From Salpingoeca rosetta (lineage: Eukaryota; Protista; Choanoflagellata): 64,000 nt of DNA. Positions 14,251 through 28,044 of the stretch are shown in pieces; position 1 is the stretch's first letter; each line of letters begins with the position of its first letter. The stretch spans positions 1,854,926-1,918,925 of the forward strand of contig JAWQFM010000004.1 in the NCBI GenBank assembly GCA_033442325.1, written 5' to 3'. The position numbers were made by a program, and so were the translations under genes. The notes beneath the pieces were generated by a model. That model made no database searches. It saw nothing but the letters and a program-made list of their open reading frames with translations, and was not told the DNA's origin.

Positions 14251-15340
14251 CGCAGCAGAGCACGACAAGACCAAACCAAACGCAAGACAACGCCGCACCT
14301 TGTCCTCCTTGAGCCACTTCTCGATGAGCTCGGTCCTGTTCTGCTGGATGACGGGGCGGCACAGCTCAATCGCCTCCTGCTTGTTCAGCTTCGACGTCTC
14401 CAGCAGCGTGCTAAAGTACTTGAGCAGCGGGCTCTGCTGGCCGGGGGACACGGGCGCCTGCTGCAGCTTGCGCATCGTCTCGGCGTTGCGGAGAACGCCC
14501 TTTGGTGCCTGGGCAGCGGTGATGGCCGCCTGGTCAAAGTTGCCCGCGGCGTACTGCTGGTTGAACTGCGTGGTGAACACCTCCTCCGCGCCAGGGAGGT
14601 TGCCGCGCACAGCGAGGCTGAGGGCCAGCTGCGGGTTCTTGAGCTGGGAGGTGATGTATGGCACGATGTTGTCCTCGTCAATGGTGACGGTGAGGACCTG
14701 GCCGGCGCGGTTGACGCCAATGATGCCGCCGTTGTTGGAGTTGTACGCCGTGACGAAGATGGTGCTCTGCGTGATGCGGTTCTTGAAGATGACAGAGCCC
14801 GTCTCAAGGTCGTACACGTGCAGGTAGCCAAACTTGGTGATGAGGAAAATCACGCTGTACTTGGGGCTTGCCTGCAGTATTGCATTCACACACGAAATGG
14901 GTGATTGGTGGTTTGGACGCGGGCGTGAGACAACGGAAAAAGGAACGTGTGGCAAAACGAACACGCATGTAAATGTGCGGTTGTACAAGTATGCGAAAGC
15001 GCATTCACCCACACGCACACACACACAGGCACGCACAGTGTCACACCTACACACGCACGCACACACACACGCACACGCACACGCACACGCACACACACAC
15101 ACATATCACGCACCTGGATGGCGACGGGAAAGTCGGTGGCGGCGTCTGGGGCAAACTCAATCTCCTTTGCCTTCTTCTCAAAGGCGCGGTTGCCGGCTGG
15201 GGTTGCGCCCACCTCCAGAATGTGCAGCTTGCCACCAGCGGCCGTGCGAGAGGCAAGGCACAGCAGGCCAGAGTCCTCCGGGTTGCCTTGCATGCGGTAG
15301 TTGATGAACGTGCCCACGTGCCCGTCAATGGACTGGCTCG

Positions 15341-15401
<61 letters not shown>

Positions 15402-16229
15402 TTGTTTCGTGAGGGTGTGCACAAAAAGTGGGATGCAGGGAGGGGAATGTGCAGTGCTAAGTCGAGCACATGCACGCAACACACGCAAAGCACACATGAA
15501 CACACAAATGACACAACACGCACATGCACACAAAACACACAAGATACACGTACACACACCAACACCAACGAGGCACACAAAAGGCAAGCGCGCGTGTTTT
15601 TCGCCGCACCTTGCGCTCGGTGGAGTAGAGCTGCATGAATCCTGCGACGCGGCCGTCACGCGGGGCAATGCCCATGAGCAGCACCCACGTCTTGCTGGCG
15701 TTGGCGCGGTAGTTGATAATCTGACAGCCGTTGAGCGAGGCATCGCGCGTGAACACCTTGGTGGGCTCCTTGTCGTCGTCCAGGGACCAGTGGAAGACGT
15801 CTGTTGGGGTGACGAGGCCGAGCGTGGTGTCGTCAAGCCACTTCCAGAACTCCACGTCCTGCACCATGTTGCACGACTTGACCTTCTGCTTGAGGTCGAG
15901 GTTGAAGATCTGCAGCGTTTTGCCGGCCTTGAGGGCGATGATCTTGGACGACGGGTTCATGATGGCAGAGTCGGCCTTGATGGGCTTGCGGTCGACGGAG
16001 CCGGCGGCGACGTCGATGATGGCCACCTCGTTCTTGCCGCCACTCTCCTCACGCACGCAAATGTACTTTTCAGACTCCATCGTCAGCGTGGCAAAAGCAA
16101 TGCTGCCCTCAGCAATGCCCAGGCTCTTGACCTGTTGTGTGAGGTTGACGTTGTTGTTGGTGTTGGATGGGTTGTGTGAGGGGAGCAGAGGGGCAGAGGG
16201 ACAGTGCATAAGGAAGGAAGGCGTAGTGC

Positions 16230-16276
<47 letters not shown>

Positions 16277-16402
16277 AAAGAGCTGATGAAAGCACTGCAA
16301 ACAAGAGTCGATCGTGGCTGTGTTGCGTCTTGTGGCAAGGTGTCCACTGTTCAGTGAACCAACCTGGAGAACCTCCAGGAACTTGACGGGGATGCCAGCC
16401 AT
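8992..16402 (-). CDS. CLTC: Clathrin heavy chain (~10 exons)
   Basis: Start [13 protein letters not shown]. Terminal-domain motifs [26 protein letters not shown] and DFPVAIQ; leg motifs [49 protein letters not shown] and [14 protein letters not shown]; trimerisation region DFAMPYFI; tail QLMLT. GT-AG introns are visible between the blocks. Confidence 0.98.
14108..14251. repeat. (AAC)n / (GTT)n microsatellite in a clathrin intron
   Basis: Near-perfect run of aac units; it explains the false poly-Leu in ORF 12835-15102. Confidence 0.95.
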
Positions 16403-16869
16403 GGTTGGGCTCTTGGGTGTGTGGACAGCTCAAACACAGCAGTGGAAATGGACCTTCTGCGCGGGTGTGTTGATGGTGTGGTGCGTGTTGTTGTTGCAGT
16501 GTTGTTGGTTGTTTGTGTAAGCGCTGCGATGCGATGCGATGAAAAAGAGGGGACAACCACGAGGACAACAGAGAGAAGGATCGTTACAAGAAGGAGGAGC
16601 ACAGCGGCTGTGCGCAAGACAAGGAGAGGAGGTTGATGCACTCAAGTGCGCCGCTTATGGTTGTCGATGACAGAGAAGACAAAAGACAAAAAGTGACAAC
16701 ACCGCACAACCAAAACAAGCACGGGACTTTGGGCAGTGAAACAAACACAGACGGGAAGGAAGCAAAGCAGCAACAAGGAGGCGTGGAACCGCTCCCAGCC
16801 CAACCTTCACACATACCCACACAACGCACACTTTCACAACACACCCACATCAACGCACCCACACCTCAT

Positions 16870-16904
<35 letters not shown>

Positions 16905-16988
16905 CTCACCTCTTCTTCTTCTTCTCCTTCCTTCTTGCGTCTTGGTGGGTGGTGGTGGTTGGAGGGAAGCGGATGGCACTGACTGCTC

Positions 16989-17038
<50 letters not shown>

Positions 17039-17462
17039 TTGTGTTGACGCTTTTCTGCGCTTTGTTTCGCTTGTCAGACTTCTTTGCTGTTTTCTCTAAA
17101 GATTTCCGCATGAAGAATAAAAAAAGTGAAAATAATCAGAGGATTTGAGCTTGAGGACAGTGGAAAAGAGGAGTGATGATGTGAGGAAAGGAAGGAAGCG
17201 CGACCAGACTCTCACACCCTCGCCGGCACACACCCTCGCCCGCACACACCCTCACTCACGCACGCACGCACGCACACACGCACGCACACGCTGCAATTTG
17301 TGTTGGCTTGTGATTGTTTTTATTGCAGCACACATCAACGCAACGCAGGTGGGAAGGAAGAGAACAGTGAACACGCAGTGCGTGCATGTGTGCATGTGTG
17401 GGTGTGTGGGTGCATGGGTAGTGCCGTTGCGTCTGTGGGGGCTGCTTTTGTCTGTGCTTGAG

Positions 17463-17646
17463 TTAGACCATCTGCTTGACTTCGAAGAACCGGTTGATGT
17501 AGTAGACCTGCCCGATGGTCATGAGGATCAGCACAACGGCCTCAAAGAACGACCACCACACCACCCGCGAGTTGGTGCTGTCGTTGACTGTGGAGTGTTG
17601 TGGTTGGAGATGGGCGAGAGGGGAGGGCGCATGTGTGAGAGAGTGT

Positions 17647-17712
<66 letters not shown>

Positions 17713-17719
17713 ACGTTTG

Positions 17720-17803
<84 letters not shown>

Positions 17804-19218
17804 TTTGCTTTTGTGTGTGCGAGTCAGGGTGTTTCTGTAAGGACCGCAGGCTGCGTGCTTGTGTTAACATGTCCACCACCCAGCCATCCCGTCGCCCCAA
17901 ACCACCACCACCACCACCATCACTTCTACTGCCTTACTCATGCGGTGGGTGCGTTCCCGAACAATCATGTAGTCTTGCTCCCGCTTGACAGCCATGACGG
18001 CCTCTGCAAGCTCCTCCACCATGTCGTGCAACTTGTCGTGCTTGCCTGCGCCATGGGGTGAAAGGGGTTGTGGGATGAGAGGTGGGTGAGAGATAGAGAG
18101 AGAGGTGTGATGATTGGTGTGATGAGTGGTGTGATGAGTGGTGTGATGAGTGGTGGGATGAGAGGTTGACAAGAAGCAACGTGGAAGAGGAAGGATTGTG
18201 TACACATGCATGTGCTTGCTGCAATGCGTGCAGAGTGGAAACACACAAACACATGCAACTCCACATCCACATCCACACACGAATTCACACACGCACGCAC
18301 GCATGTTGAACGAGCAACCTACCAGCGAGGTCATCGGGAACAAAGCCTTCTTGGCCAGCAATGTTCACGCTAAACACAACGAGCTTTGGCGTCACCGTGG
18401 ACATGGCGTTGCTGAAGCAGTACCTGTGTGCACGTGTGTGTGTGTGGGTGTGAATGTGCAGATGGATGGAAGAACAGAGATGACCGAGAATGAGGCGTTG
18501 GTCAGCCACATGAGCACAAGCGATACTTGCTGGCAATGACAACCTCAATCCACACATCATCAACACAAACACACACACACACACTCACACATATCATCAA
18601 CACAAACACACACACACACTCAAGTAAGTCGCAAACATATCAACACGCGCGCATCTTCGTGTTCCCTTCAATTGGGCGTGAAGAACGTACGTGTATCGGC
18701 CATCCATGTGCGCGGAGAACGTGTACTTGCCATCCGTCTCACGTTCCCCAGAGTAGATGATTTTGCCATCGGGCCCAGTAATCTAGTGCCACCCATTGTC
18801 ACCAGCAGCATGTGAATGAGTGAGCAGCAATGTCTGACACCCGCAGCTACTTGAGAAATGAGCATCACAGCACACACGCACGCACGCATAGCACAGCACA
18901 GCACACAACACATCACACAAGAACAAACAAGCACACTCACGCACACACATTTACACACACAAGAGCAAACACGCACAGACGCACACAAGAACACAACAAA
19001 CAGCATAAACACACACACACCTTGACGTCAATGTCGAGGAAACCGCCCTCGGCGACCTGGAAGTTGACGCCGACCTTGGTCCCCGTTTTGATTTGGTCAA
19101 AGAAGCACTCCTCAGCATGTGCGTCCACCTCAACTGCGTACCCACGCACCTCCTGCACGCCTGCAGCCAACGCAAGCACGGCCACAACGGCCACCAGCAC
19201 ACCAGCTCCCCTCAACAT
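17463..19218 (-). CDS. TMED2: p24/emp24 family cargo receptor, beta subfamily (5 exons)
   Basis: Signal peptide; GOLD domain ([51 protein letters not shown]); coiled coil [16 protein letters not shown]; [13 protein letters not shown] plus TM; tail RFFEVKQMV*. Confidence 0.95.
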
Positions 19219-19454
19219 CTCTCAGCTATCTTCTTGCTTGTTGTGGATGTGGAGAATTGGTGAAAAAACATACACAAACATTCCACGGATAACCGACTGC
19301 TGACAAAGCGGTGGACGATGATGCGTGCAGTGGCTCGGATCCAAGCACACAACACAACACAACACAACGCCAGATGGGTGCAGTGTTATTGTGATTGTTG
19401 TTGTTGTTGTCACAGCAGCACAGCATCGGACCCACTGCCGCTCCCCTCCTTGAA

Positions 19455-19972
19455 NNNNNNNNNNNNNNNNNNNNNNNNNNNNNNNNNNNNNNNNNNNNNN
19501 NNNNNNNNNNNNNNNNNNNNNNNNNNNNNNNNNNNNNNNNNNNNNNNNNNNNNNNNNNNNNNNNNNNNNNNNNNNNNNNNNNNNNNNNNNNNNNNNNNNN
19601 NNNNNNNNNNNNNNNNNNNNNNNNNNNNNNNNNNNNNNNNNNNNNNNNNNNNNNNNNNNNNNNNNNNNNNNNNNNNNNNNNNNNNNNNNNNNNNNNNNNN
19701 NNNNNNNNNNNNNNNNNNNNNNNNNNNNNNNNNNNNNNNNNNNNNNNNNNNNNNNNNNNNNNNNNNNNNNNNNNNNNNNNNNNNNNNNNNNNNNNNNNNN
19801 NNNNNNNNNNNNNNNNNNNNNNNNNNNNNNNNNNNNNNNNNNNNNNNNNNNNNNNNNNNNNNNNNNNNNNNNNNNNNNNNNNNNNNNNNNNNNNNNNNNN
19901 NNNNNNNNNNNNNNNNNNNNNNNNNNNNNNNNNNNNNNNNNNNNNNNNNNNNNNNNNNNNNNNNNNNNNNNN
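19455..19972. other. Assembly gap (N run)
   Basis: Run of N between the divergently transcribed TMED2 and PDE genes. Confidence 1.
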
Positions 19973-20324
19973 CATACACACACATACACGTACGTACAAT
20001 TGCCACATAGTTCACGTTCACAACCGACAATCGCCACCACCAGCTCCATTCACCCATATTGCGTGCCATCCAATCCGGGATCCACACACGCACACATACA
20101 CACACATATACTTCCACCTCCACACACACACGCGCCACGTACCAAAGCAGCACACTTCCTTGTTGCTTCGTGTTACCTTGATCCAAGGCAGAACACCTCC
20201 CTCAACTGCTTCAGCTGCGACAGCACAGCAACGCAACAGCAGCTCATCGAGCACAGCAGAAACCAACACACGCACGTGAACGCACACGTGGTGACGAGCC
20301 TTCCCGACACGATCTCAACCTGTG

Positions 20325-21089
20325 ATGGCGCTGCAGCTGGATCAAGTCCAGACATGGGCTGATACGCACCAGCAAGAGTTTGACACGCTCGTGGCGGACA
20401 AGGCGAGCGCGCACGCAATCACATTGTGGTGCAGGGCACACCCGCAGCACGCCGGCCAGATCATGGCAGTCGTCAACACGATCCAAGGCAACCAGACGAC
20501 GCCCTCGACCCCGGGCGCCATCTCCAGCAACTCGTCGTCACCGCTGCGTGAGAGTGCGATTGGCGGGCGCACCCCGGATAACGTGCGACGGCGTATCTCC
20601 AAGCTCGTGTATGGCAACGCCCGCGGTCTGCCCATCCTGCCGAACACCGCACAGTCGGTCACTGCCGCTGGTGCAACCACACTGGGCGACCACGCGCAGG
20701 ACGGGAAGACGGGTGCAACCACGCCAGCTGACACCACTGCTGCTGCTGCTGCTTCATCGTCATCGACTGACATCGTTGCTGCGACTGCAAAGTTGGCGGG
20801 AACGCTGGAGCCTGGGGAGGTGATTCGGTGCATCGTGCACGATGTGCAGCACTTGCTCAACTGCCAGGAGGTGATACTCTTCCGCACGCTGCCCGATGGC
20901 GCTGGTCTTGGTGTTGTGGAGAGCTTTCTTGGTAAGGCACCGCAGCCACGCGTCGCAACATCCATCGCCATTGCAGCCGTCACCGCAGGCGCTCACATCG
21001 TCCTCAACGACTCCCCGGAAAAGGTGTGTGTGTGTGTGTGTGTGTTGGGGTGCGTGCCTGTGTGTCTGTGTCTGTGTGTCTGTGCCTGT

Positions 21090-21121
<32 letters not shown>

Positions 21122-22715
21122 CTGACTTGTTTGTTTGTGGGCATGATGCCATTTGCTTTGTTACCACCTCACTCCCCCGCCGTCCTCACCCCCTTCCTCA
21201 TCACCACCGCCGCCAGCACGAACTGTTCAACCCCGACATCGACTGCGCCACCACCGCCACCGCGTGTGTTCTTGCTGTTCCGCTCGTCGGTCCCCACGGA
21301 CCAGAGGGTACGCACACAACACGGGGACGGGGGTGTTCGTGTGTCATGTGTGTGAGTGTATGTGTGTATGTGTGTGTCAGTGTGGTCAGTGTGTGTGTGT
21401 GTGTGTCATGTGCGTGTGTATGTGTGTGTGTGTCATGTGTGTGTGTATGTGTGATTGTTTGTTTGTTTGAGTTTCATGTGTGCGTGTGTGTGAAATTCAT
21501 GCACCAATGCAAGATGTGCGTGCGTGCGACCTACCCAACACGCAAAAGCTCTCACAACCACACATGACACCGCCACGCGACATCAGGTGTGATTGAGGTG
21601 GTGAACAAGACGGGCGATGCCGGCGCGCTGCAGACATTCACACAGGAGGATTTGGTGCTCCTCACGCAATACTGCGCAGTCGCCCTCCACGCCTGGAAGT
21701 ACGATCCCCAATATGGTGGTGGCAATCGCTGCTGGTGTTGAAGACAGTTGGTGGTGTTGTTGTTGTTGTTCTTGTTCTTGTTCTTGTTCTTGTTCTTGTT
21801 CTTGTTCTTGTTCTTGTTCTTGTTGTTCGTGTTCTTGTTGTTCTTGTTCTTGTTTCTTGTTGTTGCTCTGGTTGTTCAAAATTGTGGCTGTCCTGCTCCC
21901 CCACCCTTCTCGTGCGATTACCCTACACTTGGATTTGTATGGACTTGCCCTTTCACCATGGATATCACCACCACCTCTAAATCCCACGACACCACCACTA
22001 CCACCACCACCATCCATACCACAACGCCACCACTTCCCACACCCCACCATCACACCCCACCATCACCGCCACCACCACCACCATCCATACCGCCACCAAC
22101 AGCAACAGCCACCTGCTTGACGGGGCGCTGCGGGAGTGCCGGTCTATCAACACGCTCCTCGGTCTCGCACGTGGCATCTTCGCCGAGCTCGACTCGCTCG
22201 ACCGGGTCAGCACAGGGGAGGGGGTGGTGGTGGTGGTGATGGTGAGGGTGATGGGGTGTGGAGAGTGGGATGGTGGTGGTGGTGGTGATAGGGTGGTGTG
22301 GCGTATGCGATGACGCGCTTTGCACCTACGTGTATATCCGTGTGAGGAGCCATGTGCATGACACCAACGCATTCTGCCACTGACTGTATTGCATCATCAC
22401 GTCAGGTTGTGAAACGGATCATCGCAGACGCCGCAAATCTCACGGCCTGCGAACGGTACACACAGACAACCATAACAGTGCAATTGCCATTCCCATGCGC
22501 AAGTTGTTTTAATTACTTCAACCCACACACACACACACACACTCACACACACTCACACACACACATGCACTCTCACACGTATTTCTGCGGCAATGCAGGT
22601 GCTCGCTGTTCATGCTCGATGCGGATGAGCTGGTGGCGAGCGCTTTCGACGTCACGCCAGACTCAGACCCCTCCAGCCCAGACACCGACGAAGGTGGGTT
22701 GCAGCGGACGCGTGC

Positions 22716-22781
<66 letters not shown>

Positions 22782-24611
22782 GTTTGTTGCTTGCTTGCTG
22801 GTGTTGTTGTTTGTCATGTTACTCTTCGTTACATGTTTCATTTTATCTCCTTCTTCACTGCCACCCGCTCACACCACACGTCGACCCCCCCCCCCCCCAC
22901 ACACACCACACCACACCACGACCTGTTTTCTTCTGTGCAGACAAGAGCCCGCCGAGCATTCGATTCCCGAAAGGAAAAGGCATTGCTGGTCACGTTGCAA
23001 CAACGGGAGAGGTGATGGATGCACATCATGTGAATTGAGATTGCTGTGTGGTTGGTTGTACTTTTCCTGTTGCTGTGCTTTGCATGATTGGTTGCTGAAC
23101 ACACGCGCGCGCGTACCGCTCCTCAACTTGCATGTGCGCACGTGTACTGACACGTGCACTGACACGTGTGCACATCTCACTTTGTCTGCAGGTCCTGAAC
23201 ATTGCGGACGCGTACAGTGATCCGCGATTCAACCAAGACGTCGATAAGCAGACGGGTACGCACGGCGCACAGCCAGAGCACACGAGAAGAACACGCACAC
23301 GCACACACGCACACACGCACACACGCACACACGAACACGCACACACGAACACGCACACACGAACACGCACACACGAACACGCGCACACGAACACGCGCAC
23401 ACGAACACACGAACACGCACACGCACATATACTTCCTTCGATTCTCTGTTTCTCCTCTCTTCCTGCCTCTTTCTCGACGATGTGCTTTCACTGTGCATAT
23501 GTGTGCACATTGCACGTGCTCACGTGGCAATTGCTACTTGCATCCCCGTGTGCTTTCGTGTTTGCAGGATTTGTGACGCGAAACATCCTGTGCATGCCCA
23601 TCTTCGACAAGGACAAGGTCTCAAGCCCGCTGCACTGAGATGTGTTTTGGCACATGCACTGACTCACACACGCTCATAACCTCACACGCACACACGCACA
23701 CACACACACTCTCTCTCTCCCCCCCTCTCACACACATCCGCATCCACATCCATGCCGCCCGCAGAAAGTGATTGGCGTTGCGCAGCTTGTGAACAAGACG
23801 TCGGGCCCCTGCTTCACTGCCGACGACGAGCGGCTGTTTGAAGCGTTTGCCGTCTTCTGCGGTCTTGGTATTCAGGCCGTCAAGATGCACGAGGAGACGC
23901 TGCGCAACGCAAACCGCACAAAGGTGATGGTGGTGGTGGTGGTGGTGGTGATGATAGATGTTGCTGTGGTGTGGTGGTTCTTGTTGTGGTGTGGTGGTGA
24001 TTGGACTCGGGTTGCAGTGCAAACACATTTTCTATCTTCCCTTGTTTCCATTTCTTTGCCTTCCTCCATCACTACACCCTCTCACGTGCATGTGTGCATG
24101 TACGGGTGGTGTGTGGCTGCAGGTGACGCTTGAGGTGCTATCCTACCACAGCCAGGCCAGCGAGGAAGACGCAGAGGTGAGATGGTAGAGCAAATGAACG
24201 TGTCTGTCATGACGGCGACGGTCTTTTGCTACCAGCGATCAGCGCACAGACTCACGCGATCATGGGGTCATGACACGTGCACGCGCACACACACACACAC
24301 GCATGTACGCACACACACACGCGCACACACACACACGCGCGCGCCTGCACATCCACTCCTCACCCATTGCTTTGTCGTCACGCAATTACATCACGTCGCA
24401 TTGCGTCATTGCATCATGACGGCAGCGTTTGGCCGCTGTTCCGCTGCCGGAAGCGGCGACCGTCCGCCTTACGCGTTTTGATTGCGACCCGGGCCTCGTG
24501 CCCCTGGACGAGACGGCCCTCTACGCAATCCGCATGCTCGTCGACATCGGTATGTGTGTATGTGTATTGTATTGTTGTGTTTCTGTGAATGGTGTGGTGT
24601 GTGTGGGGGGG

Positions 24612-24675
<64 letters not shown>

Positions 24676-25853
24676 TCTGTCCATGCCTTTGTGTCCACCT
24701 GCCCCCACATGAACCGCGTGCATCCTCTCACGACCCCCATGCATTCATCACCGCCACCACCATCACCACCAGGTGCGGTGCAAGAGTTCCGCATTCCGCA
24801 CAAGGTCCTCTGCCGCTGGATTCTCAGCGTCCAGAAGAACTACAGAGCAGGTGGGCGCATGTGTGGCCCGCGGATGGTGTTTTGACTGTGTGTGTGTGTT
24901 TATGTGTGTGTGTGTGTGTGTGCCTGTGTGTGTCTGTATCTGTGTGTCTGTGTCTGCGTTTGTGTGTGTGTGTATTCTTTGGTGAATCGCCTGCCTCTCA
25001 CACGGGGGCACTCATGCTCGCGCCATGATGGTGCACGTGTTGAACCATCCTCCAGTCAAGTACCACAACTGGCAGCACGCGTTCAGTGTCACCCAGTGCA
25101 TGTTCACCATGCTCCAGCAGCCAGCCGTCAAGCAGTGAGTTTGAGCCCGCAATTGCTCCACACCGTGTTTGCCAACGTACACGTTGTCTACCGCTTGTGC
25201 CACGCATACGCCGCTCACTCACTCACACATTCACGTCACTCACTCACTCACTCACTCACTCACTCACTCACTCACTCACTCACTCACTCACTCACTCGCT
25301 CACTCACTCACTCGCATACATTCACTTCACTTACACCAATGCCCCCTGCCTTACCCCTCAGCCGCTTGAGTGTTCTCCGTCGCATGGCACTCCTCGTCGC
25401 CTGTCTCTGTCACGATCTCGACCACCGGTGCGGTACACAGTTGCTGTTGGATTGCACTCTTGCTTGTTGTGTTGTGATGTGTTTTGTCTGTTTGCTGTTG
25501 TCTTGTGATTGTTCGGGGTTGCCGTTCTGCTGTTCTCTCCCATCCTCTCACCACCAACACCGCCACCACCACCATTTCACCATCCATTGCCACAGCGGCA
25601 CGAACAACGCCTTCCAGAAGACGGCAAACCACGCGCTGTCGCAGCTGTACAGCACGAGCACCATGGAGCACCACCACTTTGACCAGTGCCTCATGATCCT
25701 CAACACGGACGGCAACAACATCGCCAGCACCCTCTCCGTCACCCAATATGAGCGCCTGATTCAGTACGTGGAGGAGGCCATCTTGGCCACGGATCTCGCA
25801 GCGTACCTCAAGGCCCGGCAGACTTACTTCGTGAGTTGATGCGCGTGAGGGGA

Positions 25854-25899
<46 letters not shown>

Positions 25900-27062
25900 C
25901 ACGTAAGTGTGTGTGTGTGTGTGTGTGTGCACGTATGTGTGTGTGTGTGTGCGCGCGCGCGTATGTGTGTGTGCTTGCGTTTGTCGTCGACTTCAATTGA
26001 TGCTGTCCTCATCACCACCATGCAAACACCCCATCAGGAACTTGTGAACAGCGGCACATTTGAATGGACGAACCGCGATCACCTCAAACTGTTCATCGCG
26101 TGAGTCATTCGTGCAATGGCAGCACCGTGTTTGTTACATTAAAATATATTTGTGTGTGTGTGTGTGTGTTCGTGAGTGCGGTACCATGGCACATCCTCAC
26201 TTCACTCACTCGCTCACTCGCCTCATTTCCCCCCAACCCAACCCACCACCTCAACAACCAACCACCTCAACAACCCCGTGTAGCATGCTGATGACGGCTG
26301 CGGACATTTCTGCCATCACCCGTCCGTGGCACGTGCAGCACCGCGTGGCGGAGATTGTGTATGCCGAGTTCTACGAGCAGGGCGATATGGAGCGCCAGAT
26401 TGGTGTTGAGCCCGCACCGCTGCTCGACCGAAACCGCGTCAACGAACTGCCAAAGCTGCAGGTGGGCGAGGGGGAATAAAGGGACGAAGGGTGGTGTTGG
26501 TGTTGGCGGTGGCAACGGTGGTGTGGTGATTTTGGTGGACTTGGTGTGGGGGTTTGGTGTTGATTAAACACTGCTTACGCTTTTCTGCAATTGCCCCATG
26601 GTTTATTGACTTGCGACTTGAGCATTGTAGTTTATTTCACGCCTCACTCACGCTCACGCATTCAAGCATGAACGCATTGACGTGTTTGCAATCCACACAT
26701 ACAAACACTCACACGCACACACCCTCGCACACACGCACACTCACACACACACACACTCTCTCTCTCTCTCTCACTCACGCACACGCATTCGCACCCTTCA
26801 CACCCACGCCAGCTTGGGTTCATTGACTTCATCTGCTGGCCCGTGTACGAGCACCTTGGCAAGCACGTGGCGGACCTCCAGCCGCTGGCGTCGCAGGTGC
26901 AGAGCAACAGGAAGCGCTGGGAGGAGCTCCAGGGCCGCTATCAGGGATTCTGCTCAAACTCAACAAGCAACATCTCCGTCCCGTACGTCGTGATGGTTGT
27001 GTGATGGGTGGGGGATGGCGTTGTGCGTGTGTGTGTGTGTCTGTGTGTGTCTGTGTCTGTGC

Positions 27063-27100
<38 letters not shown>

Positions 27101-27456
27101 GGCTCTTCGCTGTTTCCTTGCGACGCCCACCAGCCAACACCTCATCATCACTCCGTATCACGTCGACGCGCTTCAGGGCGGCCCAGCGGGACAGTCAGCG
27201 GAAAGACAAGAAAACGGCAATGACACCGCTCGCATCTGGCGAGGCCGTGACGAAGGATGGAGATGAAGGCAAAGGCGAAGGCAAGCTGGATGAGGGAATG
27301 AAGCAGAAGGGTGGAAGCAAGGATGAGGAGAAAGGGGACGATGATGCGACGAAGAACGGTGATTGTGGCGGCAGCGGCAGTCAAGAAGAGGTGGATGAGA
27401 AGGAGAAACAAGGCGCAGAGGAGACGAAGAAGGGCGCCAGCGCCATCGAATCGTTC

Positions 27457-27517
<61 letters not shown>

Positions 27518-27669
27518 TGGATGGCGGTTCATCCTCCTCAACCAGTGCAAAACAGCAGAAACAGCAGAAACAGCAGAAGGTCGGTGCCAAAACCACGACA
27601 GTGACAGCAACCAAGCCGAGGAAGGCAAACAACGTTGTCAACAACTCCAAGGCGTGCACGCTGCTGTGA
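20325..27669 (+). CDS. GAF-GAF class I cyclic-nucleotide phosphodiesterase (PDE5/6/11-like), many exons
   Basis: GAF motifs [46 protein letters not shown] and [16 protein letters not shown]. Catalytic motifs [68 protein letters not shown] and [10 protein letters not shown]. The last exon (acceptor cttcag ending 27176) is in phase and ends SKACTLL*. Confidence 0.92.
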
Positions 27670-28044
27670 CCGTTCTCGCAACCTACGACTCTGTGCACCT
27701 TGCATGATTGCACTTGCTCCTCGTTCGCGTGCGTGCATTCGCTCTTTGTGTGCTCGAACATCCAAAGCACGTTGCTGCCGGCACTTGTTGTGCAACACAA
27801 CACTGTACATTTGATTTGACTACTGGCTGAGAGTCAAGACACATGTGGTGCTTTCCGCCCTCGCGTTTCATTTTTCCTTCCTCAATTTTCCACAACCAAT
27901 ATGATTCATGTGTTGTGACATGACTTCCAACAACTTCAATCTATGACAACTGCATACAATCCACGCATACACACACACTCACACACAAACACACACACAC
28001 TCGCACGCACACTCCACTCACACACACACATGTAACAACGCGCA

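Noticed and set aside
8992-19218. Clathrin next to TMED2 as a trafficking gene cluster
   Set aside because: Two adjacent genes acting in different coat pathways; chance adjacency is sufficient.
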